Shown here: one piece after another, positions 1-13,700 of the stretch
How positions within the stretch are numbered: position 1 is the stretch's first letter
How the letters are laid out: each line of letters begins with the position of its first letter
Assembly: GCA_965637545.1 (NCBI GenBank)
Contig: OZ281499.1
Span: forward strand, 434,001-498,000
DNA: 64,000 nucleotides
Direction of reading: 5' to 3'
From: Phallusia mammillata
Lineage: Eukaryota
Position numbers and translations under genes: made by a program
Notes under the pieces: generated by a model
Told to the model about the DNA's origin: nothing
The model's input: only the letters and a program-made list of their open reading frames with translations
Database searches by the model: none

Positions 1-426
1 TTGGATATGTCTTTTTGTGGCATTCAGTATCCAGTGAGACACCTACACTACACTTTTGCATCTTAACAACTTTTAATCACAAAATAGGGCACATAAAATA
101 TAGATAATAGAAGCAGTATCACAAAAATATCTGAAAAATGAACCTGTTTTTTATTATGACCCTGCTTCAAACAAATTACAAAAGGCAAGCACAAAATGAA
201 GAACAAGTAAGGTACTCAACAAGAGCTTTCATTTGAGCTATTACTCAACTTTCTAGCTAGTGTGCTCTTCAAGATATGAGCTTTTAAAGTTGTCGTTACA
301 CATGAATGCACATTCGCATACCCCCAAACTGAACCCCCTGTTTTTTATAAACCTGAAAAAACTGTAATGAGGTGATTGAGAATGTCCTAAAGGTTCACCT
401 AACCTACTAAAATGACCACAATATAC
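1..426. mobile_element. Truncated arm of the Sola2-like element family (third copy; runs off the window edge)
   Basis: Closely matches ~44120-44556 in the same orientation (ttggatatgtctttttgtggcattcag ... aatgaccacaatatac). Confidence 0.85.
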
Positions 427-1599
427 TACAGCACACAGACCTACCTTTCAGATGCTGAATGTTGTTCCAAAGTCTTGGATTAGAAAGAAAAACTGCCTCA
501 GCCTTTCAAGCCCATAAGCTCCATCTTGGCACGACAGTGATATGAGGTATAGGTGACAGGCAAAAGAAAAATAGAACCCAATCATGTCATAATTTGGGCT
601 GGAGTAGAAGACATGTTTTGGATTTCATTCTCTCCGTTGCACTTTAGATCTTTGGATTGCGTTTATTATTAATCCTCTAGAAATCTAACAAAACATAAGG
701 TACACGGTAAATTCGTAAATAAAATTGTATAAGGCGGAAAACCTTCTTACTAAACTGTAAAACAGGGTCATCGGCAACGACGTTTCCAAGTTAAATTGAA
801 ACTCAAAACTTTCAGAATATTATTCCAAAAACGTGTTACCAAACGATTTTGTCTTTAATCTTCATAATTTTGCGACAAAACGACCAAAAACAGTCTCAAC
901 TTTGAAGATAAAATATTTCGCCACGTCTGTTTACAAACAGCTGATTAATGACGCAATGTTTATTTTCACAGCTGTTCAATAAATATGTTTCGCGCTCAAT
1001 ATTTTTCGAAAATAAATGCATATTAACGAACTCCTGAACTTTGGGTTCCATCGAGGCGAAAAAGTATAACTTTTAAATCAACTTCGCAGCAAAAAGACGC
1101 AATCTGCTATCGTTTTTTACGCTAATGAAAGGTTACTTCTCTATTTGAGTTTGCATTCGGCAAACGGTCATCGCGCGGTCAATTTGTAATAAAAATAGTT
1201 TATTACCAATTTATAGGCTTAAAACAAAACCGGACATAGCAAGCAATAGCTCAATTTCGGCACTGGAAACTTCTGGAAAAATGTTACGTCATAACTAAAC
1301 ACTGAAATCATATTTGTCAAACTCATGAATTATTACGTCACATTAATTAGATTGACAAAATCTATGGAGAGGTGAAGTTGAGTTGGATCGCAGAAAAGGA
1401 GGTTGAAGGTTCCCAGTTTGTATGTGTGTGTTTTTTAGCTGGGGGTCAATTTTTTTCATTCATTCAAACGAAGTTACCTCGTTCTTTCTTCACATTGTTT
1501 GCTGGAACCACATTGCAATAAAAGTACAGGAATCCAACCACTTTATGAATCTGATCATCGTCCTTACTAATCCCGTCTTCCACACTCAACTGCGGCAAA

Positions 1600-1770
1600 C
1601 CAACAATGCTTAAAAACACATCGTACAACAAACATGGCGATCACAGTTTCGATGTCGCACTGCTTCGCCGACGAGATGTCATCACTTGCGCTTCTGACGT
1701 CATCGAGCCTGTGTTCTGGCACTCACTGGTGCTTCTGGTTATTGCTTGCGTCACATGCGTGCAAAACTTT
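1600..1770 (+). repeat. Dispersed direct duplication, copy 1 (partner at ~5720-5942)
   Basis: Shared blocks in the same order: aacaatgcttaaaaacacatcgt.caacaaacatggcga, gcactgcttcgccga, cgtcacatgcgtgcaaaac. Confidence 0.8.
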
Positions 1771-2189
1771 TGAAAACATCCTAAATTCCGGACTTCGCTT
1801 TGGGAAATTCCGGAGGTTTAGAAATTTCCAGGTTAAAGCCCTCCTTCAGGCTGATACAAATTACAATTCATGCCAAACCAACCATTCACGACAAATGTTT
1901 GTAGCTAAAGGTAATGTTAACAAAAATAGTGGTGGACGAAAACATAAATTCTGATGCATGATGGTAAAAGAAAGGCATAGATAAAAATATTACACAATAT
2001 CAAGTAAATGATAAAGTCAAATTAACAAAAGTATCAAAAATCACAGTTGCGACTAAAAAGGTAAAAACTTATGAAATTTAATTGAAATTGTTCACAGTAA
2101 ATATTCCTTTCGGAAATTAAGCAAAAATAAATGAAAAAAATGTTCTGTGTCCTTAACAGGATGACATCATGATTTAAGACGTCATACTT

Positions 2190-3930
2190 TACTTCTTTAA
2201 CGTCACAATTCTATTAGCAGGAGAAATGGATCTTGATCGTAACGATTTGCGTGGATTTCTGCACAAAATATTTGATGAAATTGAAGAAAAGAATGATTGC
2301 AAAACTTTCCCACCTGTTCTCATGAGGCCTGTTTGTTGTGGAGCAAGCTGTCTGAGGTCGGGAAATCCCTAAAGTGAAAATCGGTCAATACAAGTCAGTG
2401 GTTCCCAACAATATTGTGGTGATTCGCTCCTTTGATAAAATTACGTCTGCGAGCCCACATTATAAAACTTCTCACAGTTCTATCAATTGTGCTGTCTCGT
2501 AAATTGAAAACTAATTTTCGCAGCTCTTGTAGTTACTACACTCAGTTTACACACCACTTCTATAAATAGAAAACTGTGTTACTTTTATTGTTGTTAGCGA
2601 TGGGAAGTCCAATCGTTGCTTGTCGTTTGAATTCCGCCACAAATTCATCGGAAATGCGACCATCTTCCCCCAAATTCACAGTGAGATGTGAATAAACTCC
2701 TTCTGTTGCCCTGCAAACTCCCATCAACTCCCAACTTGCTGTTCGGTTGAACGACAAATAACCTGTCAAGTACCAAGTGGGAGATTTTAACCAAACGTAC
2801 ATGTAAAGGACCAAAGTAGGGGGGCTAAGATACAAAATATCGAAAGTTGAGGCTTATTTATTAACGAGCATAGAAGTGCACAAACAGGTAATAATCACTG
2901 CTCCAAGTAAACACGAAACCCACCCAAAGCCTGCGCGGCCGACTGCCGAAGCAACTTCTCACTCGAATTAAGTTTCTCCAGCAGTTTTGGTACAGCTCCA
3001 CATGTCACAATGGCATCGGGCACTCCAGCTCTGGTGTGTGCCAGGGACGCGAGGTAATCCGCTGAAACCGAAAACGCCGTAAATACTTTGCAACAACTAA
3101 ACTTCCACACGTCACACCTGCCATCACCACCACCTCGTCACGCACCGTGAGAAAATTGACCAGAAACCCGGAAGCTCCGCACTCCATAATCCTCCGCTGG
3201 ATGTCGCCAGCACCGGACTTGTCCCCCCGACACAGGGAGGCAAGAGTGTTGATGACGTTCACCAAGACATCGACGACCTGATGCAGAAGTGGTATAAGCC
3301 GGGTCGCAAATCACTTACATGAAAGCCAGCCCAGAATTCGGGAACAAACAAGTCGGTTTGTAAAATAAACGAGCTCGCTTTGGATTATACAAATAAGAAT
3401 CAAGCATTCAATTTAACAACCGACTTCACGTATTAATGCAGCACATTTTAAAAGGAATACAAACTAAACGATTTACTGAAGAATCAAATCAACATAACTA
3501 AACTGCAGGCCTTAAATTAATAAAAAATTAAATTTCGATGCAAACTCACATCAACTTGCAGAAGTTCCACAAGAAGCCGGATACCACCGTAATCAGCGAT
3601 GCGCGACGCGTTGTCGTCAACATGAGCGAGATCCGAGAGAACGACAGAATAACGCGATTGGATCTCGCATCTCTCGCCACTCCTCGGTGCCCCGGATCAC
3701 CATCGTTGCTCGGTTTCAACAGAGAAATCAAAGCTGGACACAAAAGGATAATGTCTCAAACTTCCTTATACAAGAGGGTTGGGTGAATTCCGGGTACCTA
3801 CTTGGTATTGCGCCAGCATTTCGCACAGAATCCTGTTCTGACATGAGATAAACGGAGCAGGAGCGGATAGGTGAACAATTCTCATCGTCCAAATCCCTGC
3901 CGAGTCCTGCAACACAACGAAGCATGAACG
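2190..3930 (-). pseudogene. ANKAR: ANKAR-like (ankyrin and armadillo repeat) C-terminal gene fragment, frameshifted and apparently internally deleted
   Basis: Spliced GT-AG pieces read AGAIPTLISLLK / EIQSRYSVVLSDLAHVDDNASRIADYGGIRLLVELLQVD / VVDVLVNVINTLASLC / ADYLASLAHTRAGVPDAI / GYLSFNRTAS...FKRQATIGLP, which match the ANKAR C-terminus as I recall it. There is a frameshift near 3690 and no ankyrin N-terminus upstream. Confidence 0.7.
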
Positions 3931-5109
3931 GAGTGAGTAGAAGTTATCCACTCAACTTTGCTTAATGCAGAGCAAAAAGTTTGATTTAACATAGCACAAC
4001 TGCTGATGTGCAAGTTTTGGTTTTATAAAATGAATTGAGACAGTTAAATTATACAACAGCCGTGTGTAGCATCTGCAAAACTTTCAGGAAACATAAAACC
4101 GACCAGAATCAACCGACATTGTCGCCGACTTCGGTCTTCTTTTCGGACTTTGAACAGGCAGTGTGACGCATGCGAGTATAACGCATTCAGGTGTTGCCCA
4201 CCTAGGATGAGAATGAAACAAAGTTGATGGTAAGTAATGCTTTATTATAACCGAACAATATTTGTCCTTAATCGCTTTATATCCGTTTTATATTTATCTG
4301 TGTGAACTGACGAGGCCAAAAAATAGATAATCCAACGAAACAGGAGTAAAACGGTCGACTGAGTTTGGCCAACGGTTAATCTTATTTTGCTCGGTAAATT
4401 TGTGCGTTTGATTATTTCAGCTCCAAATTTTGCAATAATTTTTTTTACTAAGACCTACTCTATTGCGTCACAATTACTTTTACATCACGTATGTCCAATC
4501 AATGACTAAATGACGTGCGATGATTTGTGCCGTAAAACAGTCACGAATATTTTCATGACTTTATTAACAATCCCCCCATGTATAGAAACCCCGGTTAAAA
4601 CCCTTACATACACGTCATAACATCGGTTTCACGTCACTCACGTGATGACGTAATCGTCGACGCCATCGTTGCAGCGACATCGGGTGGATGTGGTTGTGGT
4701 CAGAAAGCGTGACGGTGGAAGATACGTCGCATGTCGCGTGCAGCGCAAGTACGTTCGCGACAGGAGACACACATACGCGCGACATGTGCACAGACAAGAC
4801 ACATTTCACGATTTCTGAAAGGAGAAAAAGAAAAAGAAGTATTTTAACAAACTACAGCGCATTAGTAAGCTAAAGTTTTTACAACGCTTATTAAATTTAA
4901 GGAACCAACTGCTTACAAACATACCAACATGTTTTTATGCTAATAGGTTTTACCAGCCGAACGTCACGTGATTAAATCGAGGCAAAATACCGAATAGGTG
5001 TTGAAGAACCGATTTTCTTTCTCGGCAAACCAATTGCAGATCGCATGTTTGCAGCTCGAACTGACATTGATCACAACAATAAATTCCCAGGAAATCCCGC
5101 TAGTGGTGA

Positions 5110-5355
5110 TATTGATTGACGTGTCCTCAGCAGTTATTGCGCAACGAAAATTCCCAATCCAATATTGGTGGTTTAATTTAAACGCATGTGTTAATAATAG
5201 AACATTGATATAAAATTGCTGCAAAATATTATTTTAAAAACACTCACTTTTGTACGATGACATTTTGACCAGTCTTGAAACGAAGAAAATAGACTGACGC
5301 ACTAAAAACACAAACTGAAAACAAAGCGATAATGTCAATAACTAATGTATTTTAT
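5110..5355 (+). repeat. Segment paralogous to ~20870-21340 (region upstream of the LDLa-GPCR gene)
   Basis: Shared tttaatttaaacgcatgtgtt...aacattgatataaaa and gaaacga.gaaaa.agactg.cgcac...aaagcgataatgtcaa blocks. Confidence 0.75.
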
Positions 5356-5719
5356 ACAAACATTCTATTTTAAAAATTACGGCCTTTTTGTGATGTCGTA
5401 AAGAAACTGTACACCACCAAACACTACGTTTAAAAAAATAAAAAAGTGAAAATAATTAAGTAAGATTTTATGCAGCTAGTTAAAAAGCTAATTTTATATT
5501 TGAAGTCAGAAAAAGAAATTCGCAAATAATTGAAAACTGGTGGATAAAGCAAAATATAAATTATGAAAATCCTCAACATGTCGTATATTTTACAACTATT
5601 AGTATTGAAAATGGTCGTTATAAATATATAATGAAAATGGCCGTTAAAAATATATAGTGTAATTAACTCTATCATCGGCGCTTTCTTATTCCGCCGTCTC
5701 AACTCACCTGCAGACAAAT

Positions 5720-5942
5720 CAACAATGCTTAAAAACACATCGTGCAACAAACATGGCGAGTGTCATAAGCGTTTGAAGGCGCACTGCTTCGCCGAGGATG
5801 ACGTCATCACTGGCGCTCCGTCGTGTGATGTCATCGAATAGTGACAGCGTTCTGGTTCTCACCGGTGCTTCGGTTCTATTGGATCATGTTACAATTCCCA
5901 TCAGATGACATCGTTAGTGGTTACGTCACATGCGTGCAAAAC
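5720..5942 (+). repeat. Dispersed direct duplication, copy 2 (partner at ~1600-1770)
   Basis: Same ordered blocks as copy 1, with indels. Confidence 0.8.
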
Positions 5943-6789
5943 AAAATGCAGATTAGTGTTCATGTCCGTGAGATAGTTGCGGCGATGACGTCATAATACG
6001 AATGAAATTTGCGATGTTATGCACAAAAAAAAGTTGAGAGTAAAACACGTAAAAGAGAAATGCAACAAAGAAAAACAAAAATAGCAAAACATGGTTCATG
6101 GTAGGTTCCTAAACTTTAAACCGTGTTTTTATAATCACAAATATTCCATTAACCACGACGAACCTGTAGCTTGGCTTCCTCCATCCGCTTCCAACAAAAC
6201 GTGCTTTTAACGTCGCAAATCAAATCAGTTTGCCTTTTATATCAACTTCAGCGCCCCTGCAAGGCAGCTTTGGAATCCCGATCTTTCTGCCTGTGGAGTT
6301 TTCGGGCAACGATTACTTAATCACTTTACTGCGCGTTTTTGCCGAATAATCGCCCCCTCAGGGACACAACAACTCTTGGTTTACAAACAGTGGAAAGAAG
6401 TGAATCAAACCTTAACTTGTGTCAGGTGATGTCACATAAACATAATTAGGACGGACTTGATTCGTGTGATGCACATCAAATCTGTTTTAGCAATTGTCGT
6501 TGTTTATAGCTCAGTAAAACGTATTTACTACAACAGTTCTTCCCAACCTTTACAAGCTCGAGGCCATTAAAGAACTAAGAAATGAAAGTCTTGTATACTT
6601 TGTTTGTAGCAACTTTAATAAAACATGTTTTTAGTATAATTTCTCTGCGTTTTTGTTACTTTCAACTATTTTCTGGTTTGTTTATCTTTTGTTTGTTTCA
6701 TTACCTTCATGCACTTTGTTTCTACTTTAAGTTGAAGTATTTTACCCTTGGCACTTTGTGTTCACGTTCGCGCACCACACTTTGTTTCC

Positions 6790-6856
6790 GTTACTTCCCC
6801 TGTCGTTACCCACTGCAAGCATTACAGCTACAATTTCTTATTACCAACCAAAAGAT
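6790..6856 (+). repeat. Interspersed repeat fragment (partner at ~18780-18845)
   Basis: cccctgtcgtt.cc...gcatt.cagctacaa.ttct.at.taaccaac.aaag occurs at both sites, each followed by CACGTG motifs. Confidence 0.6.
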
Positions 6857-7749
6857 GGTGTTAGGATCAAACTAATTAATCACGTTGCCTTTCGTCATCG
6901 ATCACATCGCCTTTGGGGGACCGCGGTCCGCGATGGTCACGTGCTAATCTATCCCACGTGATTTCACTTCATACAAACAGTCAGACAACTTTTTAAGGGC
7001 ATTTTTGTAACATTAAACGCTTTGCTTGTTACGTTTGCGTAGAGTTCCAATCCAAAAGTTCCCAAAACAAAAACCAAGCCAACATTTCGGTCAATCACTT
7101 GAATTCATTTGACCAAACGGTCACAACTTTCCTCAGATTCTGATAAACATCGGTGTTTTAGTGTCACAACTGTTTGTACATACCTTGTCATTTTGTTGTC
7201 GGTTTTTATGCAGGTTGTGTGCAACCAATCAATTGTGAATAGAAAGTGAAATTACGGCTCAAACTTGGTAAAGTTTAAACTTCTAGACTGGTTTCAAAAA
7301 AGCCCAAATAGTCTGCCTCGACGTAGAGCGCTAAACTAGCATTTTTATTTTAATATTTTTTGAGTTTACTGCGCCAAACTTTCCGAGGTGTGCTTTACCG
7401 CATTGTATGATTGTTTCAAAACAAGGTTATTGTGAAAATTAAACAACGCGTTTAAACACCTGCCTCCAATCCGGGATTTGGTAAATGAACAGCAACGGTA
7501 AATGCCACAACGATAAATGCCAGTTCCCAGCAGTCACATAACTTAGTAACAAAATTTTGCAAAAAAAAACCATGTATTTGACCCCAAGTTTTACACAAAA
7601 TAGCAAAAATGATCAAAGAACCACCTAATTGCGAAATATTCGCAAGCAACTGAAACAGAAAATCATAATAAATATGTACAAGCCGCACAAGGTATGGTTT
7701 GTGCGGTTTAGCCGCTTGTCAATCATGTGTGTCGCTTGTCGTTTAATTG

Positions 7750-10700
7750 TCAGAGGGCGGCTTCAGCCACAACTGCCACGTTAACTCGTCGGTTGTCATG
7801 TGGCTGTTGACGCTGTCGAACGTCATGTAAACGCTTCCGAACTCGATCGTAGAGCATTTTCGGGGCGTTGGAGTAGATGAGAGGGTTGAGAGAGCTGTTG
7901 ATGGGAAGCAGGATTATTGCTGACACTGCGTAAATCACTGGAGGTACAGTTGCTCCACCGAAGTTCAGGAAAGCCATGATTGAGATAGGCACCCAGCAGA
8001 AGAAATCAGTAAAGACCAGCCGGATGATTTTCTTTTGCATTTCTGCAACAAACACCAGAAGTTAGGAGCAAATTTAAGTTGCGCTTATCAGATTTACCTT
8101 GGTTCTGCTTTTCAGCTCTCGCATTTCGGGCCGTCTCATTCACTTGCCTGCCACTGGCAGTCGACCTCTTGTAAATCCAAACGTATGCCACAGCAACAAA
8201 CATAAAAGCCACAAGGTTAAGAGTGATGATGGCAAGTGAAAATGGCCAAGCCTTGTCGGTCGGTGTCACGTAAAGTTTACTGATGCAAACACTGTTGGTG
8301 CTGTAGTACCTGAGAAAAACATTCAGTTACAGCAACAACTATTATAATCTCATTTGCTTGCAACTACATACCCCAAATATCCTGTAATGTCAAACAGTTC
8401 AGTGTAGTGATAATCTTCAAGAATATCCACAAAATCCGCCCATGAATAAACATTTTGTACCCTTAGAAGTGCGCCATCGAGTGTCTGGGAATCGTTGATG
8501 GTAAAATTGTGTCGAAACTTTACAAACCGTTTCATGAAAGTGTCCATGCCTGCACGAAAGCACACGATGGATAAAACGGTTAAATATACACATGTGTTAC
8601 AATTGCTCACTTGAAAAGTCAACGACATGACTTTTAAAGAACGGATTTTCTTTCATCCACGCTTTGGTTTCAAACAAATGTTGAAATTGAGACGTGAGAG
8701 GAATAAAAGCCAGTGTGAAGGAAATTGTCCAAGATAAGATGATGGTAAGGATAATAATCTTCAGTTTGGGGAAATATGGCGCATTAAACGGCTGCAAAAC
8801 ATTAGTGGCTTGCTGCAAACACCAGAGCACACATACATTAAAAAATACTCACGTTTTTTACAGCGTAAAGTCGAAATGCTGTCAGCAGGACCATTGTAAT
8901 TACTGATGTTTCGCTAGAAAGCAAAACCAAAATGCCCATTGAATTGCAGGCCCGACTTGACCTCCAAACAAGGTCGTTGGCACAGTAGTTTCCAGAATAT
9001 TGAACACCAGCAACGCCGAGCATGAGCAGATAAACTCCCATGAGCAGGTCAGAAATCGACAGATTCAAGACAAGAAGATGGTTGGTTTGAAATGAGGCCG
9101 ATTGTGATTCTGTCGTCACCAACACTTTCATCTCAGTAACCATGACAACCTGAAAAGGGAAAAACAGATATTTGCAAAAACCACCCAGTTTGTCAAAAAC
9201 TTAGAACCACGTCCTTTGTTTTAGCCAAGCATTACAAATATACCAGGTTTCCGAAGATTGCGAGGAACGCCATTATCCACACAACAGTTCGTAACACCGG
9301 GTTAGCGATCAGTTCGTATCGCGAGGAAAAAACGTTTTCATTTGCTCTGCTTGACTTTGTTGGGCATTCGTCGCTCCAGTCAGAACAGTCGCCAAATCCA
9401 TTGAATTTCTGTTAGTGGCAAATTTTATTAAAACTGCCATAAAAAGATAATTATTTAGAATAATTAAAAACCTTTTCCTTCTTCACAAACAAAGGTTGTT
9501 TGTTTTCGCAATAAAACCTCCCGTCACTCGTGCAGTTACTTTCGTCGCTTTCATCATCACAGTTTATCGTGAAATCACAGATCTCTGATTTACTTATGGA
9601 AACCTAAACACATTAATCTATAAGATGAACACATAAGCCTATCTTACTATGATAAACAGAGTAGGGGTGGTTATTATAATCCACAGATGCTAACATACCT
9701 TAGCTCCATTTAACGCTGAACAATTGACCCTTCCTTGTTTTGTGCAAGTTTCCGAATATTCGTCACTTCCGTCTTTGCACTCAATAAAACCATTGCATAT
9801 TTTTGAACGAAACTTTCCAGAGATTTCTACCACGGTTTCGTCACTTCCGTCTTTGCAATCAGCAATGCCATCGCAAACTTTGGATTGAGGAATGTTGAGA
9901 CGATCGTTTGTTGTTAGGCAATATTTACGATGCGTACAAAGACGAGGATCCTCCTCGTGGTTGAAGCTTCGTTGATCAACATTGCGAATTTCATACAGAC
10001 AATCTTGTTTTCCGTCGCACAACAGCTCGTTGCTGAAAGGATCCCACTAAACGACAAATACTAATATTAAATTGATTGTTGGTAATTCAATCGTACAGAT
10101 GGTGGACACATCAAAACAAGATATCGCGTTATTCAAACAAAATATCACACAGGTCATGTCTGTTTCGTTCTATGGATAGTGATAACTTACGTCCTATTGT
10201 TGGTTGTTCACACGTACAGTTTGTGGACACATGCAAAACAAGATATCGCGTTATTCAAACAAAACATCACACGTGTCAAGTCTATTTTAGTCTATGAATA
10301 GTAATAACTTACGTCCTATTGTTGATTGTTCACACGTACAGTTTGTGGACACATGCAAAACAAGATATCGCGTTATTCAAACAAAATATTACACATGTCA
10401 AGTCTATTTTAGTCTATGAATAGTAATAACTTACGTCCTATCGTTGGTTGTTCACACGTACAGTTTGTGGACACATGCAAAACAAGATATCGCGTTATTC
10501 AAACAAAATATCACACATGTCAAGTCTATTTTGGTCTATGGATAGTAATAACTTACCGGCTATTGTTGGTTGTTCACATGTACAGTTTGTGGACACATGC
10601 AAAACAAGATATCGCGTTATTCAAACAAAATATCACACATGTCAAGTCTATTTTGGTCTATGGATAGTAATAACTTACCAACTATTGTTGGTTGTTCACA

Positions 10701-13700
10701 CGTACAGTTTGTGGACACATGCAAAACAAGATATCGCGTTATTCAAACAAAATATTACACATGTCAAGTCTATTTTAGTCTATGAATAGTAATAACTTAC
10801 GTTCTATTGTTGGTTGTTCACATGTACAGTTTGTGGACACATGCAAAACAAGATATCGCGTTATTCAAACAAAATATTACACATGTCAAGTCTATTTTGG
10901 TCTATGGATAGTAATAACTTACGAACTATTGTTGGTTGTTCACACGTACAGTTTGTGGGCACATGCAAAACAAGATATTGCGTTAGTTAAACAAAATATC
11001 ACACATGTCAGGTCAGTTTTGCACATTTCAGACAAATATCGCGTTAGTTAATTAAAATGAAGCAACGCATTTTGTTGTTTGTAGCTTAAATATTTGTGGC
11101 CATGACGCATGTGACACAAGCAAGGTATTATAAACAGACTTTACGGGAAACAACAACTTTAACTGACACATATTTGACATTTTACTCACATTTTGACATT
11201 CCCACCCGTTCTCCGTAATCTTGTTGGTTGTTGATTTTAAACAGTCGATCTCGGCACTCACATTCCCACTGTAACAATCACACCACCACTTATATTGTGT
11301 AACTATGGTAGAATCGAATTTGCGGATTACTGGATTGGTGCGAGAATAATATGAGCTTTAACTTTCTAAAAAATGCGCGTGTGGCGATCGAATGTTTACT
11401 GCGTTTACGCGGGTCGCTCTGAGCACTCGTAATGTTCAGGTTTCGTGTATAAGCAAAAATACAAAACATTATGTTATCGTGTCAATAATGTATGTTAACG
11501 TAAAATATAAAATAATATGTTTATGGGCTTTCTTTTTGATTAAATTCAGATTTGCAAAAGAGGTAGCAAGGTACGGAAAGAAAAAGCGACGATGAAAATA
11601 GACGTTTCATGGGAAATACGTGTTTCAACCTACATTGAAAATTTTCCGCAACCAGTTGGTTGTTTTGTCTCACAAAGACACTCATCACTCATATCAGGAC
11701 AATCGATGACGTCATTGCACACACTTGACCTTGAAATCATCATTGGGTCACTTATGCATTGGAAGCACAAAGAGTGATTAAAGGAGACAGACGGCAAGCG
11801 GCGGATGTCCCTGCAGGGCAAAATTTAATTTGAAAACTGCGGTTGAAACATCGGGCATTGTGGGCGCTCTAATATACCTGGGATCCGACTTCATCATTCC
11901 ATCAACCGATGTGAAGCACAGATCAGCGGAATCGTCGCAGTCTTGTACAGTGTCCCACAGCAACTGCTGGGGCAACGTGCAAGTTTTACCGTTTCTGATG
12001 CACTTGAAGCCGTGTCCGTTCGGTCGGGGCAGCGTTGGGCAGTTGTTGCATGGATCGCCATCACACACCGATGAACGCTCCCAGCAAACCGATTCCGAAC
12101 ACCAGAAGTGGGAGGGGCAGAGATGTTCGCACGGGGAATTTCCATCACAAGGTGCATATGATTTGCAGACCTCATCTTTTGTTTTTGGACATGAAGCGTT
12201 GGTTGGATCGATTATATTGTGACAAACTCCATGAATGCCAAAACAATCGCATCGTCCCGCTGAGCTGGGTTTAAAATAGTTACGCTAGTTGCAACAAAAA
12301 CATTGGGTCCTAGAATGAACACCGGTGCCCCGCGCGTCAACAGGGCTTACGGCAAAAATTTGCACAATGTGCGCCAAAATGTGCAGGTCGAAATGTGCGC
12401 ACATTTTTTGAAAATGTGCAGGTCAAAATGTGCGCACATTTTTCGAAAATGTGCAGGTCGAAATGTGCGCACATTTTTTGAAAATGTGCAGGTGCCAAAA
12501 TGTGCAGGTCAAAATGTGCAGGTGCCAAAATGTGCAGGTCAAAATGTGCAGGTCAAAATGTGCAGGTGCCAAAATGTGCAGGTCAAAATGTGCAGGTGCC
12601 AAAATGTGCAGGTCAAAATGTGCGCACATTTTTCGAAAATGTGCAGGTCAAACTGTTGTGCACAAAATTGTGCAGGTGCCAAAATTTTTCCCTTTCCCAC
12701 TGAAAAAGTCTTTCTGTCCCTTTCACATAAACATTTTTTTGTTTCAATTACATACCTTTCCCTGCATTTTTATTTTAAATAGTGTTCTGTGCAAATCAAT
12801 TAACTTATATAGGTATGTTATTTTTCTTGTTAAATGCAGTGGATTAAGTTTTTTTAACTAAACAGAATATGACCCTTGAGGGCCAAAAAAAAATGAAAAT
12901 ACAATATGGTTTGAAACAAATGCAGTGGCAAAAAAGTGATGCCTACATAAATGGTGAGAACTTATACTTTTGCATTGCACATCTGTCATTTTTTCATGAC
13001 AACTCAGTATTGTCCTTTTCGAAACCTGTTTTGTTACCATTGTACATATTTTTTACCAAAATTATAATACAGAATGCCCACAGCGGTCTCAAAAAAATGA
13101 TTTTCCATATCCTACTTTTCTTTCTGGCTGTTTCAGTCTCTTCGTCTTTCTATTGTTCACATCACTTTTAGTTTATTGATTTATTTGCAATCCCACATGA
13201 AACATACACCTTCTTCATTTGTAATGACAATCATCTAGTTTCTGTATATTAGTCAGGAAACAATTACAAATTTTGCAAAAACATCTACTGATATTTTGGT
13301 GTATTATGACATTCCTACAGTAGGTCTTTCTAGCTATCTGGTGCACACTATAGCAAGTCAGAAGCAATAACATGAATGTTTTAGCAAACTTAAAATTAGG
13401 GCATCACATCAAGTATTTGTGTGGGTTTCAAAACTAACCTAATTAAATACCTATATACCAAGTTATGTGATGTAAATGAGCCTCGAACAAATAAAAAATG
13501 TCAAACATTAGGAAGATTGCTGTGCAACTGTGTGGTTGTCCTTTTCTTTTTGAAGGTTGTCATTTGAGTTTCTTCCAAAGACACAAAGTCCTTTTGTCAA
13601 TTGTGCAGTAGAACCCCAAGGATGGAAAACTTTCTAATAATTCATTTGTTTTCATTGAATAAAAATCACTGGACAGCTGGGTCTTTGACTTGGTTTTGAG

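Noticed and set aside
4300-4380. Hammerhead-like CTGACGA-ggccaaa...tttggcc
   Set aside because: The GAAA core does not follow stem II and stem I is unconvincing; at best a relic.
10076-11051. Overlapping repetitive ORFs, or a CRISPR-like array
   Set aside because: Pure 122-bp tandem repeat with no unique spacers and no cas genes. The unit length is not a multiple of 3 and the array is intronic.
12303-12861. Cys-rich ORFs (KMCRSKCAG...)
   Set aside because: Translations of the transposon minisatellite, open in several frames on both strands.
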